A DNA stretch of 64,000 nucleotides from Octopus vulgaris (Eukaryota). Shown piece by piece: positions 1 to 14,397 of the stretch; positions within the stretch are counted from its first letter, which is position 1; each line of letters begins with the position of its first letter. The position numbers and the translations under genes were made by a program. The notes beneath the pieces are model-generated. The model saw nothing but the letters and a program-made list of their open reading frames with translations. It had not been told where the DNA came from and ran no database searches. Location: contig OX597827.1 in NCBI GenBank assembly GCA_951406725.2, forward strand, positions 13,640,001-13,704,000. Direction: 5' to 3'.

Positions 1-163
1 ATAATAAAAATAAAACATTAAAAAAAAACATGAAAACTATCCCAAAACTTTTGATGTCAGGGAATCGAACTCAATGTACTGTTTTACATATTCATACATA
101 TACATGCACACACACAAATATATGTATATATACACATCAAAAGATACTCTATACATCTAACTT

Positions 164-312
164 AACATGGATGCCTTGTTAGAATATTGCATTATTAGCC
201 TTGAGAGATGCTCTCATGGAGACATTTGGTGCATAAAAGTGCACGCATTGGATCATAGCAGACAAAATTTGCCTGTCTTTGACACTGGAATTCTAAGAAG
301 GCATCCATGTTT
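164..312. mobile_element. short MITE-like element with ~22 bp terminal inverted repeats
   Basis: aacatggatgccttgttagaat (164-185) vs attctaagaaggcatccatgtt (291-312); no clear TSD. Confidence 0.55.
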
Positions 313-786
313 GGATAACTTTAGGTATTAACACTGTTTAAGATTACTTTTTGGCATTAAAACTACCCCCATCACTAATAATTAACACACATACATACAT
401 ACATACATACATACATACATACATACATACATACATACATACATACATACATACATACATTTATTTATTTTTATTGCATTTTTTATTGCATTTATATTTG
501 TATAACATTGTTCGTTTTTTCCTCCCTTGTTTTTGTATATATTTGCTGCTTTCTTCTAAAGAATCTAATACTCTTAGTTTAGTTTTTCTTTGGGGCTGGC
601 CAGATAGGAGCAATCTCAAGAATAATCAGCCGAAATTGTGAGGATAATCTGGTGCTTGACTGAGGAAAGGTAATTTCAAATGACCCGTCCTTGTTTTCTT
701 TGTATCGTCTATCTGGATGTTTTGTTGTCCCTTTTTGTACCACCTAGCTGTCCGGATGTGTTGCATTCTTGTCCCATTTTGTATTT

Positions 787-835
<49 letters not shown>

Positions 836-869
836 CCAAAAAATAAGCAACAAGAATGGATCCGGTAAT

Positions 870-954
870 TTAGTACAATTGTTTCATACTATAACAATTT
901 ATTAAAGCTGCAAATATTACAGCAAATATAATATTTCAAGTAATCTTCACCTAA
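870..954 (-). ncRNA. degenerate type I hammerhead ribozyme motif in Penelope-like terminal remnant (homolog of 63667-63754)
   Basis: minus strand: ttag-GTGAAGA-t-tact...agta-t-GAAA-caattg-TA-ctaa; stems I and II pair, C3 mutated to G. Confidence 0.6.
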
Positions 955-1067
955 TTTCATATAGGTTTTCCAATAATGTAAAGTTCTCAAATCAATTAGT
1001 AACATCTTAGAGAATGTAAATATACCGATAAAGTTGTGGATGTGAGGATATATATATATATATATAT

Positions 1068-1897
1068 AACAAAAATCAAAGTGTATGACAGATTTCGTAG
1101 TTCTTTTAACATAATACATAAAAAATTCATCGAAATGTTAGGTTTCAAGTGCTCCAATATTACTATCCAAAGAAATGCAGTATTACAAATCCTTGCGATC
1201 ATTTCAAGGAAATGCATTTGTATTGGGTGAATTTGCCAGCTGATTCAAATGGTCGCATTTCTCTCATCAGAGGTACAAATAAATCGGTTAAAATAGTTTA
1301 AAAACTGAGAAAGCTTAAAATATCTCCTACTTACAGAACTTGAAGTCATATCAAGTAGTGTTATATTTTTTTGTAAAAATGTTATAATGTTTTTAAAAAA
1401 AAGTTCACAAGGATACAGAAAGGCTTTGTGAAGTGGAAAAAGTTCTGAAGTAAAACATTTGTGCGAATGAAAATGAACTTTAAAATATTTGTAAAAATAA
1501 AATAAAATGAGTCCACTTCACAAAGCCTTTCTATATTCTTGAAAACTTTTTTTTAAAAATGCTATAACATTTTTTGAAAAAAATATAACACTTCTCGATA
1601 TGACTTCAAGTTCTGTAAGTAGGAGATATTTTAGGCTTTCTCAATTTTGAAACTATTTCAATCGATTTATTTGTATCTCTGATGAGAGAAATGCAACCAT
1701 TTTTTTATCGGCTGGAAAACTCGTCCAATACAAATGCATTCCTCAAAATGATTGCAAGATTTTGTAATACTGCTTTTCTTTGGATTGTAATATTGGAGCA
1801 CTTCAAACCTAGCATCTCTATGAATTTTTTATGTATTTTGTATTCCCGTGACGAAGGAACTTGACCTACAATAATCTGTCATCCACTTTGATTTTAC
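1068..1897. mobile_element. large foldback element (arms ~1068-1436 and ~1513-1897) with a hammerhead motif in each arm; probable inverted Penelope pseudo-LTR
   Basis: arms are reverse complements (aaaatcaaagtgtatgacaga / tctgtcatccactttgatttt; aaggctttgtgaagtgga / tccacttcacaaagcctt); CTGATGA-gagaaatgc...gcatt(t)cct-(G/A)AAA-tgat(c/t)gca at 1191-1273(-) and 1675-1760(+). Confidence 0.75.
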
Positions 1898-1962
1898 TTA
1901 TATATTGCTCATATTGAGGTGTGCTGTAACAAAGGGTTTTCTTTTTACTTATATATATATAT

Positions 1963-2627
1963 ATAGGGGTTGGACAAAATAATGGAAACACCTAGCATCA
2001 TAGCATCATAATTTTGAAATATCTTTAAAACCATCAAAAGCTTGTTTATTTTTATGTTTTTTTGATTTATTATTAGTGTGGTTTGATATGTTCTGTTAAA
2101 ATTGCTGTTTCTTTTAGATATCATCAGAAAAAGGTAATTAAAACTCATTAAAATGCCAGTTCTATCATACTTTCAAAGAGGTCAAATTGTTGGTGCTCAT
2201 ATGGCAGGCACTAGCATAACAAAAACAATTGAAATGTTTGGTGTATCAAGAAGTTCTGTCTTGAAAGTAATGACAGCCTTTGAGAAAGAGGGAAAAATCC
2301 TCCTCGTCGGAACAAAACTCTGGAAGAAAACCAAAACTTTCAGATAGGGACTGTCAGACTCTTACATAAATTGTCAGAAAGTATCACAAAAGTACAGCTC
2401 CCAAAATTACTTCAGAGCTTAGTGACCACCTTGAGAACCCAGTTTCCAGAAAAACTGTTCACTGGAAGCTGCACAAAGCCAGATTTCCCAGGAGGGATGC
2501 AATCAGACAACCACTACTTTAAAAAACAAATGCCGCAAAGCATTCAGAGTGGAGTAAAAACCTATAGAATTGGTCCTTAGAGCAGTGGAAGAATGTAATT
2601 TTCTCGGACGAGTCATCCTTTATCTTA
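1963..2627 (+). mobile_element. Tc1-family transposon 5' half: TIR plus degraded transposase (HTH through first catalytic D)
   Basis: TIR-like aggggttggacaaaataatggaaacacct after TA; MPVLSYFQRGQIVG..., frameshifted SGRKPKLSDRD, WSLEQWKNVIFSDESSF; stops and a frameshift present. Confidence 0.9.
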
Positions 2628-2639
2628 ATATCTTATTAG

Positions 2640-3355
2640 CTATATCACCGGTAATAGCCAATATATACATGGAATACTTTGAGAATTTGGCTTTAGGATC
2701 AACACCACTAAAACCAACATTATGGCTATGATATGTTGATGACACCTTTATACTCTGGCCCCACCAGGAAGATGTCCAAGTGCTGTTAGATCATGTGAAC
2801 TCAATAAAGCCATCCATACAGTTCACAATGGAAAAAGAAAAAGACAATCAGCTGGCATTCCTGGACGTATTAATAACACACACCAAATATGGATTCAGGA
2901 CATCCGTATACTGCAAGCCAACCTTTACTGGACGATACCTCAACTTCAATTCCCACCATCCATACAGTGTAAAGGTAGGGATTGCTCAGTGCCTAAAACA
3001 CCGTGCAAAGAACATAAGTAGCGATCGTGATACACACCATGAAGAAATTATCAAGCTCAATAATGATCTGTTAAGCAACAACTACCCCAAAAGTATACTA
3101 TCCACTCCAATTATGAAGAAGAGAGAGGATGAAGTCAATAAACTGTCCACAGTCTGTCTACCCTATGTGAAAGGCCTCTCCGAAAACATACAAATTATAT
3201 GCGGCCCATATGACATCAGGACAGTATTCAAGAGTAATACAACACTTTGCAAATATCTCCTTTGGGTAAAACCACCAATAGAAGAGAATATGACCAAAGA
3301 CTGCATGTATTCCATCCTATGCAGCTGTGGTAGGTTATACAAAGGTGAAACATGA
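2640..3355 (+). mobile_element. Penelope-like element RT C-terminal half plus start of GIY-YIG endonuclease (pseudogenised)
   Basis: SPVIANIYMEYFE...W L*YVDDTF...IQFTMEKE...LAFLDVLI...VYCKPTFTGRYLNFNSHHP...MYSILCSCGRLYKGET. Confidence 0.9.
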
Positions 3356-3489
3356 ATTCTGTAGATGAGGACAGAAGAGTGATGGAGAAGTATTTTTATC
3401 ATGGACACGATGAAGGAGAGTATATTTTAGATTAAAAAAGAACTTTGTTTATCTTAATTTTGAAAAATAAAAGAAGTATAAAAAGCTGC

Positions 3490-4352
3490 ATTATGTATGT
3501 ATGCATGCATGCATGTATGAATGAATGTATGTATGTATGTATGCATATATGCATGCTTGTCTATCTGTCTGCCTGTCTGTCTGTATGTATGTATGTATCT
3601 ATGTATGTATGTATGCATGCATGCATGTATGTATGAATGAATGTACCTATGTATGTAAGAATGTATGCATGCCTGTCTATCTATCTGTCTGTATGTATGC
3701 ATGCATGTATGTATGAATGAATGTACGTATGTATGCATGCATGTATGTATGAATGAATGTACATATGCATGTATGCATATATGCATGGCTGTCTATCTGT
3801 CTGCTTGTCTATCTGTCTGCCTGTATGTATGTATGTATGCATGTATGTATGTATGTATGCATGTATGTATGTATGTATGAATAAATGTATGTATGTATGT
3901 ATGTATGTATGTATGTATGCATGTATGTATGTATGTATGCATGTATGTATGAATAAATGTACGTATGTATGTATGTATGTATGTATGTATGTATGTATGT
4001 ATGTATGTATGTATGTATGTATGTATGTATGTATGTATGTATGTATCTGTATGTATGTATGTATGTATGTATGTATGTATGTATGTATGTATGTATGTAT
4101 GTATGTATGTATGTATGCATGTATGAATGAATGTACGTAAGTATGCAAGCATGTATGTATGATTGAAAGTACATATGTATGTATGCATATGTGCATGGCT
4201 GTCTATCTGTCTGCTTGTCTATCTGTCTGCCTGTATGTATGTATGTATGCATGTATGTATGTATGCATGTATGTATGAATAAATGTACGTATGTATGTAT
4301 GCATGTATGCATGCCTGTCTATCTGCCTGTCTGTCTGTATGTATGTATGTGT

Positions 4353-4403
<51 letters not shown>

Positions 4404-4412
4404 TGTGTGTGT
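3490..4412. repeat. compound (ATGT)n/(ATGC)/(GTCT) microsatellite with higher-order repeats, ending in (GT)n
   Basis: direct inspection; block gcatggctgtctatctgtctgcttgtctatctgtctgcctg recurs at ~3783 and ~4193. Confidence 0.95.
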
Positions 4413-4965
4413 CTTTGTGCTCTGTGTTTTTTGATATCCTCATAACATTAGTGGTTCGGCAAAAGAGACCGATAGAATAATTACAAAACTTAAAATAAGT
4501 TCCGGTGTTTCTTTGTTCAACCAAAAAAACCCTTCAAGGCAGTGCCCCAGCATGGCCACCATCCAATGACTGAAACAAGTAAATGATAAAAGATAAAAGC
4601 AAGATAATAGACATTAATAATCTAGGTGTTCCTGAGCTAAATTATTCTTATTATATTCTCAGCTGGAAGCTAAGTGGAATTCCTAAGAAAGACAAAATTA
4701 GAAACAAAAATAATTACAATCGTATTTGAAGTACACAACCCAAAAGCCATTATTAAAGTTTATATTTACTATAGATACGGTGAGATAAAATAAATCCTGT
4801 ATCTATGAAATTATTATGAAATACCTATGGAATTATCATAAAATACTTTTTGTAGTATTGTAGAACTGTCATACTACCCCAAAAAATATATGGGAAAAAA
4901 AATAAAAGGAAACAAAATACAAACGAAGTATAAAGGTGTTTTCAGCCTCCAACAAGGCTAACAAA

Positions 4966-5322
<357 letters not shown>

Positions 5323-5324
5323 AG

Positions 5325-5747
5325 GCAAAGCTGAAGTGACAGACAGTCTAAAGAGAATAGAGACACAATATCAGAAACTGTGAAAAAAGCTAAAAGTTAT
5401 ATTGAAAAAACAATTATGAAGTGTTTTGCTAGGGACATAAGCAAATGAAAAGAAAAGGATAAAAGAACAGAAAGTATCTACGTGACCAATACCTCAGAAG
5501 ACTGCACAATGCAGATGCGTAAACTATTATAAAAAGAATTCAATACTAGTTGAGAAGTGCAAGGCTCAACGCTAAAACTGAAGAGCTTCGTTTGTTGCAG
5601 CACAGGATGAAAGCCTTCTCATCCCCGGATGCATTTCAAAAGCATATAATGAATCAGAATACAAAAAGTAACTTAGGAATATGTGGAGGGTTTAGAAGGA
5701 AAACATTCAATCACATTGTTTCTAACTGCCTCATCTCAGCCAAAATA
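5325..5747 (+). mobile_element. degraded R4/Dong-type (RLE-class) non-LTR retrotransposon fragment, zinc-knuckle region
   Basis: frameshifted translation LRSARLNAKTE...AAQDESLL...FQKHIMNQNTKSN.(R)ICG...TFNHIVSNCLISAK matches the WL..L..ETE..AAQDQ.L...CR.C..ET..HI.S.C..LA pattern of this clade. Confidence 0.7.
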
Positions 5748-5806
5748 ATGTATGTATATAAATGTGTATGTGTGTGTGTGTGTGTGTGTGAGTATGTGTG
5801 TGCATA

Positions 5807-6015
5807 TACTCTTTTACTTGTTTCAGTCATTTGACTGCGGTCATGCTGGAGCACCGCCTTTAGTCGAGGAAATCGACCCCAGGACTTATTCTTTGTAAAG
5901 CCTAGTACTTATTCTATCGGTCTTTTTGCCAAACCGCTAAGTTACAGGGACGTAAACACACCAGCATCGGTTGTCAAGCGATGTTGGGTGGGGGAAGACA
6001 AACACAGACACACAA

Positions 6016-6045
<30 letters not shown>
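5807..6045 (-). mobile_element. SINE family A, 3' half
   Basis: ctcttttacttgtttcagtcatttgactgcgg...caccagcatcggttgtcaagcg shared with the full copies. Confidence 0.85.
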
Positions 6046-6046
<1 letters not shown>

Positions 6047-6102
6047 CATATATGCTTTAAAAGGGTGCATTTATTATTTTATTATATCCATAAATATGTA
6101 TA

Positions 6103-6709
6103 TGAGGCAATGACTAGCGACCAAGTCCTTTGGAAATATGCTGTGCGTGAGAAGACTCGGCAGGACAAGTGAGTCCAGCCCACTTATGCATGCCTTTCCT
6201 CCCTTGGACACACAAAGACCCGTTGAGGCAAGCGAAGTCGAAATCGAACCTCATCCGATGACAGGCACCCATGCCAACCTCCCTTCATTGGACACTAAAC
6301 TCTGCTTGCGAAGACCTGTTGGGGCAGTCATGATCGTAAGATTGTGGTTTCGATTCCTGGACCGGGCGATGCGTTGTGTTCTTGAGCAAAACACTTCATT
6401 TCACCCTGTGCTTGAGGAGATCCATTGAGTCAAGTACACCAACATCAAAATCAATGGAAACTGCAGTTGTGATCCCTGTGCCGGTGGCATGTAAAAAGCA
6501 CCATCTGAACGTGGCCGATGCCAGCGCCGCCTAGACTGGCTTCCCACTACACTCACGTAGTGGTTGGCGTTAGGAAGGGCATCCAGCTGTAGAAACACTG
6601 CCAGATCAGACTAGAGCCTGGTGCAGCCTTCTGGCTGCCCAGATCCCCGGTCGAACCATTCAACCCATGCTAGCATGGAGAACGGACGTTAAACAATGAT
6701 GATGATGAT
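6103..6709 (+). mobile_element. RTE-clade LINE 3' end (ORF C-terminus plus 3' UTR, (GAT)n tail), with an inserted SINE-head fragment
   Basis: EAMTSDQVLWKYAVREKTRQDK* (RTE-like DR..W..V C-terminus), then UTR tggcgttaggaagggcatccagctgtagaaac...ggacgttaaacaatgatgatg. Confidence 0.75.
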
Positions 6710-7556
6710 ATAGCTTACTGTTCTGTTAAGGAAAGATCAACAAAATGATTACTCTATCCAGTGAGAGATAAGTATCATTTAATATACACAGTTTATTAGT
6801 AGCTTCTATCTTTATACAGTGTACTTTAAATGACATATAGCATTAATTTATAAAAATTAATATAAACAGCATTGCACAATGTGTTTCCAAAAAGTAAAAC
6901 TACAAATGTCACTAAATGTGACTGAGGGTATTAAAACATTGCCAGAAAAAACAGCTAAAATTCCCTGAAGCTGTAGTTAAAGCACATAATTGCATACATA
7001 TATATATATCCTGAAAGGGACTGTAATCACCCAAATACCGATCAAGAATTCTTTATACAAATCGATCAGTTTTGACTATTTCCATGGTGTTGTCAGTAAA
7101 GACATATTCTGGGCATAATTTTCTCTCAACATATAAGTATTCGCCATAAAAATTTATGGATGATTTAGCAAATTGCTAATATATATACTTTATTTTACTT
7201 GTTTCAGTTGTTATTCTATGGCCATGCTGGAGTAGTGCATTGAAAGGTCTAGTCAAACAAATCAACCCCAGTCCTCAATATTTTTTATAAGTCTGCTACT
7301 TCTTATTCTAACAGTATCATTTGCTGAATTGCTAAGTTACAAGGACATACACAAACCAACATTTGTTGTGAAGATGCATGCACACACATGCACATACGCA
7401 TATTTACAAGGAGCTTCCACACAGTTTCCATTCCATTCCATCTACCAAATTCACTCACAAGGTATTAATCAGCCTGTGGCTAAAGTAGACGACACTTGTC
7501 CAAGATGCCACGCAATGGAAATGAACCTGAAACCAAACCACACAGCCATGCCTGCA

Positions 7557-7757
7557 GCCGTTCAAGAATTTGGACCTGGAGATCTCCATTTCCAGCGACT
7601 TTGAGAGCCACCTCCCAGTGGTGTTGGGCGTCAACGAAGAGCCCTCGACTACAACAAGACGACCAAAGTTTTTTTTTTTTCCAAGGTCTAGGGTCTTCCG
7701 TTCCTAAGCCCTAGACCATCACCTGATCACCTTTACCTGTCTTGTTGCTTAACAACA
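7557..7757 (+). mobile_element. 5'-truncated retroelement 3' end with 15-bp TSD, 3' stem-loop and (AAC)n tail
   Basis: TSD acagccatgcctgca at 7542-7556 and 7758-7772; stem ggtctaggg/ccctagacc at 7685-7717. Confidence 0.7.
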
Positions 7758-7774
7758 ACAGCCATGCCTGCACT

Positions 7775-7907
7775 ATCATCATCATCATCGTCATCATCAT
7801 TGTTATCATCATCATCGTCGTCATCATCCTCGTCATCATCATCATCATCATCATCATCATTGTCATCATTATCATTGCCATCATCATCATCGTCATCATC
7901 ATCATCG

Positions 7908-7948
<41 letters not shown>

Positions 7949-8242
7949 GTCATCATCATCATCATCGTCATCATCATCGTTATCATCATCATCGTCATCA
8001 TCGTCGTCGTCATCATCATCATTGTCATCATCATCATCCTCATCATCATTGTCATCATCATCATTGCCATCATCATCATCGTCATCATCATCATCATCAT
8101 CATCATCCTCATCATCGTCATCATCATCATCATCGTCATCATCATCGTTATCATCATCATCGTCATCATCGTCGTCATCATCATCATCATTGTCATCATC
8201 ATCATCGCCATCATCATCATCGTCATCATCATCATCATCATT
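7775..8242. repeat. (CAT)n microsatellite with interspersed CGT/TGT variants forming a higher-order repeat
   Basis: direct inspection; source of the poly-M/I/S ORFs. Confidence 0.95.
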
Positions 8243-8497
8243 GACAGCAGAATTATCTTCATCCGCAGCAGTATTATTTTAATGTTCCTTTTTCTCTGCC
8301 TGCATGGGTCAGACGAGATTTGTTGAGGCAGGATCTTCTACAACTGGCTGCCCTTCTTCTCACCAAGCCTTACTGGTTTTCAAAGCTTGCTAATATTTTC
8401 CCTAGTCCTTCAAACAATAAACAGCTCAACACAGTTTTCACAGAAGACTATAAATGAAAGATGCTATTTGTATGAGCAGCAGGAGGAGGAGGATAAC

Positions 8498-8535
<38 letters not shown>

Positions 8536-8834
8536 CGACAGCAAGAACACCAGAACCAATGATTGTGATTCCATTCTTTCGAAAAAATTTTTGTGACCAT
8601 TTATATTTAGCTTCAAAACACTACAATTCATAGTTCCACGAATGTATTTGTTTATCTTTCATTCCATTTTTACCAAAGATGCAAGAACATACATATTTAT
8701 GAAACAATGCCTTAAGTTTTATAAGCATAAAGGGAAAAAAAATATAGCATGGAAAAAAATATTCATGAGAAATATTTTTTGAAAGACAAAAGCAAAACTA
8801 ATTGACCTTTGGGATTAACCTCAAGGCAAATTAA

Positions 8835-9912
<1,078 letters not shown>

Positions 9913-10604
9913 CATTTATTTCTGGTATGATTGAAATATAATTTAATTGACGTGTATTAATTGTTGTTATTGCTGTAATTTATTTCCGATGCCATGTAAC
10001 TTGAGGTGCAATCCACTCTCGTCTCTTTTTTTGTATAACAGGAACAATAAATTGAATTTCAAGCACACTCAGCTCTGTTTGTATACAGAGTCAATAAATT
10101 GAATTCAAGTGAAATTAAATTAAAACAAATACATTATTTATAAAATGTCCTTACTACAGGGGTTAATTGAACATGCACATAAGAATTTAAGTCGGCAAAT
10201 ATACCAAGGGATACATATATCGAAATGAATGCAAACACACATATCAGTGCTACATGTGTGTATGCATGTGTATGCATGCGTATGCATGTGTATGCATGCG
10301 TATGCATGTATATGTATGTGCTTATAAGAGTACATATGTATTTTTGTTCATGTATGCATATGTTTGTATGTATGTATGTGTATGTGTGTGTGTGTGTGTG
10401 CATTCATATATATATGTAGATATGTGTGCATAGCTGTGTTTGTACTACACGTAAACATGGTATATGTATGCACATACACATCAGCTTCTGGGTATGCGAT
10501 TAGATTTGTTTGTAAAGATATGTCAGTAGGTGTATAAACAGAATATACACACTGATATGTGAATTTGTGCATTTATATCTGTGTTTCTACACATACTCTC
10601 TCTT

Positions 10605-11003
10605 TACTCTTTTACTTGTTTCAGTCATTTTGACTGTGGCCATGCTGGAGCATCACCTTTAGTCGAGCAAATCGACCCCGGGACTTATTCTTTGTAAGCC
10701 CAGTACTTATTCTATCGGTTCTTTTTCCCGAACCGCTAAGTGACGGGGACATAAACACACCAGCATCGGTTGTCAAGCGATGGTGGGGGGACAAACACAG
10801 AAACACAAACATATACACACACATACATATATATATATATACTCATATATACGACAGGCTTCTTTCAGTTTCCGTCTACCAAATCCGCTCACAAGGCATT
10901 GGTCGGCCCGAGGCCATAGCAGAAGACACTTGCCCAAGATGCCATGCAGTGAGACTGAACCCGGAACCAGGTGGTTGGTAAGCAAGCTACTTACCACACA
11001 GCC
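10605..11003 (-). mobile_element. SINE family A (tRNA-derived, CORE-like domain, internal TA/TG microsatellite), near full length
   Basis: minus-strand head ggctgtgtggtaagtagcttgc...ggttccgggttcagtc (A/B boxes), cttgggcaagt CORE-like motif, tail gaaacaagtaaaagagta. Confidence 0.9.
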
Positions 11004-11504
11004 ATATGCATGTTTCTGTATATTTTTGTATATACATTGCCTGTGTGAATGTATACATGTTCCCGTATGTTTGTGTATGCATACACTCATGCCATACATA
11101 CCAAATGAACTATACATACATGCATGTATACATACGTATATACCATAGATACTATAGATGCATGCATACCATTTATCTGTCAGGCTGTCCATACACACAT
11201 GCATTCCTTCAAAAAAGTAAACATACATGCATACATACAAGTATACACACAAGCATACATACATATATTCTTACATGCTACAAAGCATAAATGCATACAT
11301 ACAAAGACGCAAGCATTTAGCCAGACAGTAAGTCATCCATCGATCCATCCATCCATACGAATATACATACATACATACATACACACGTACATGCATACAT
11401 ACACACACACACACACATACATACATACATACATACATACATACATACACATACACACATACATACATACACACACACATACATAAATACATACATGGAT
11501 GGAA

Positions 11505-11883
11505 GCACTCCGTCGGTTACGACGATGAGGGTTCCAGTTGATCCGAATCAACGGAACAGCCTGCTCATGAAATTAACGTGTAAGTGGCTGAGCACTCCAC
11601 AGACACGTGCACCCTTAACGTAGTTCTCGGGGATATTCAGCGTGACAGAGAGAGTGACAAGGCCGGCCCCTTGAAATACAGGTACAACAGAAACAGGAAG
11701 TAAGAGTGAGAGAAAGTTGTGGGGAAAGAGTACAGCAGGGATCACCACCACCCCCTGCCGGAGCCTCGTGGAGCTTTTAGGTGTTTTCGCTCAATAAACA
11801 CTCACAACGCCCGGTCTGGGAATCGAAACCGCGATCCTATGACCGCGAGTCCGCTGCCCTAACCACTGGGCCATTGCGCCTCC
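11505..11883 (-). mobile_element. SINE family D (tRNA-derived), full length
   Basis: minus-strand head ggaggcgcaatggcccagtggttagggcagcggactcgcgg...ggtttcgattccc (A/B boxes); homologs at 50468-50818 and 56722-57022. Confidence 0.85.
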
Positions 11884-11989
11884 CCATACATACATACATG
11901 CATACATACATACATACATACATACATACATACATACATACATACATACACATACATATACTCACATATACATACATGCATGCATACAT

Positions 11990-12360
11990 ATCTTTGAAAA
12001 TCAAAGAAAAAGAGGGTATCTATGGACAACCGCATCAAAACCTCCAGCTTCTATATCCAGACTATAAATTCATATTCATACCAATAATAATTGGAGCATT
12101 AGTAAATGCTCCAGTTATTATTGTTAGTAAATGTTTAAAGGGGAACCTGGATAAACTGGGGTTTTCAGAAAGAGAAACTGACTGGCTGATTCATACATTA
12201 CAAGTGCAATCTGTGAGTGGAACAGTAAAAATATGCAAGACTTTTTCAAAGTTCCAAATGTGAATTTGTCTGTGTTAACTACGTCTCAAAGATGGAGCTT
12301 TGTATCTTTGTTGGAAACCGGCTCCCTCATCAGTGGAAGATTTATAATAATTAAGAAAAT
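11990..12360 (+). mobile_element. R4/Dong-type LINE 3' end: restriction-like endonuclease C-terminus plus 3' UTR, embedded in (TACA)n
   Basis: SLKIKEKEGIYG...LQLLYPDYKFIFIPIIIGAL...LDKLGF...LQVQSVSGTVKICKTF* matches K..KY..L...IPIVIGALG...LQ...GT.KI of RLE-class elements. Confidence 0.75.
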
Positions 12361-12467
12361 AGAAGTGGCATACATACATACACACATGCCTGCATGCATA
12401 CATACATACATACATACACACATATATACATACATGCATACATACACACATACACACACATACATAC

Positions 12468-12776
12468 ACCAACTTGGCTGAAACCGCCTCTGGCTCTGTA
12501 GTACAAATGTCTTGTTTTCATATGTTCTGAATAAAAATCTTCCACCAAACCTTAGTCACAATTTATGTTCCAAACACTAGCTGAATGATAACTAAGTTAT
12601 TTTACTAAATTCTTTGTTATATTTAAAATTAATTGAAAGAAACACAGAGCATCTCAACAGAAATATGGAACAAAAAGGTTAAAGTCACTATAATATTTTT
12701 AACCCTTTTGATACCAACCTGGCTGAAACCGCCTCTGGCTCTTTAGTACAAATGTCTTGTTTCCAAAAGTTCTGAT
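12468..12776 (+). mobile_element. two partial copies of the piggyBac-type MITE seen intact at 47446-47666
   Basis: ccaac..ggctgaaaccgcctctggctc..tagtacaaatgtcttg; ends aaaggttaa (12675-12682); second copy starts ttaacccttt (12699). Confidence 0.8.
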
Positions 12777-13699
12777 CAGCTAGTCTTTAATTTCCAATGT
12801 ATCAAGGATATTGTATTGATACAATGATGATGATGACGATGGTGGTGGTGGTGGTGGTAGTGGTGGTGGTGGTGATGGTGGTGGCGGTGGCGGCGGCGGC
12901 GGTGGTGGTGGTGGTGGTGGTGATGGTAGTGGTGATGATGATGATAATGATACATAGACACACACACATATATATACGCATGTATGTATATATATTATTA
13001 ACCACATTAAAATGCAACTGGATCTCATTAGCCAATATGTCACTGAATACTGAGTAATGAAATTTAGTTTGGAATGAAATTTAGTCAGTCCAGACATGAA
13101 AAAAAACATTTATGCAGACAGTCATGCATGCATACATACATTACATACAGATATACATACCAGAAAAGAAGCACCCTGCCTACCACGAAAAGGTTATGCA
13201 TGGGTGTGTTTCCCATAAACATGAGAAGGAGGATTATTTAAAATTAAGACAAGGGTGAATGAATATCCTAGAAAACAAATGATAAATAAATAAGCTTGCT
13301 ATAAAGGAGAGGGTGAATTGATGGGAAGCGGGGAAGAAAGGGGTAAAACAGAGGGGAAAACAAGAGGAAAAAGAAAAGGAAAAGAAGCGATTGTAGTTAG
13401 GTTAAAGATATTATTAGTTACAAATAACAATTTTTACCATATAGGCGCAGGAGTGGCTGTGTGGTAAGTAGCTTGCTAACCAACCGCATGTTGGTCAAGC
13501 GATTTTGGGATGACAAACAGACACACAAACATACACACACACACACATACACACACACACATATATATATATGTGTGTGTGTGTATTTTTATATATATAT
13601 ATATATATTATATTGTGTGAAAGTTGATTTAGTATTTCTAAATTGAATTTTTCCCTGTAAGTTAGGATTAATATTCCCTCAAATAATAATTATTATTAT

Positions 13700-13731
<32 letters not shown>

Positions 13732-14177
13732 GCGATGGGGTTCTTTCAGTTTTCCGAGGCTATAATAGAAGACACTTGCCCAAGGTGCCACACAGTGGGA
13801 CTGAACCCAGAACCATGTGGTTCGTAGGCAAGCTACTTACCACACAGCCACTCCTACACCTAGAGCCAGGTTTATAAACTTACATTTAAAGTTCGTCTTA
13901 AAAGTAACTTTGTAGTACTTAGGGGTAATAAAAGGTTAGCTTAGGGGATAATAATTTGCTCTCTCACTAACATTTAAGCTTGTAGCAAACCTTTTGCTTT
14001 TAAATTCACCTAATTTTGTTGAATTTGGTCTGCCTTCTTATGAGTATCAGTTGCACTATTAGTGAAGAATGGGGATCAAAATTTCTTCGTGGAAATATTG
14101 AGATAATAAAAGTATTGTAATCATGATCATCATCATCATCAACTTCATCATCGTCATCGTCATCATCATCGTCATTG

Positions 14178-14208
<31 letters not shown>

Positions 14209-14355
14209 TATCATTGTCAACACTGTTCCCACTGCTGCCACTACTGCCATCGTCATTACCATCACTACCACCACCACCACCACCACCAATATTACAAGGA
14301 ATGTTTTTATGATGTTCTAAGAATTCTGTCAATTAATGGCCGTTTATGACAATCG

Positions 14356-14397
<42 letters not shown>

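Noticed and set aside
11800-11883. tRNA-like sequences (also 56722-56795 and the family A/B heads)
   Set aside because: SINE heads with A/B boxes continuing into SINE bodies; no complete acceptor stem, so not called as tRNA genes
12275-12340. CTGATGA plus ggagc/gctcc stem on the minus strand in the R4/Dong 3' UTR
   Set aside because: No correctly placed GAAA box or stem I, and antisense to the element; not counted as a hammerhead
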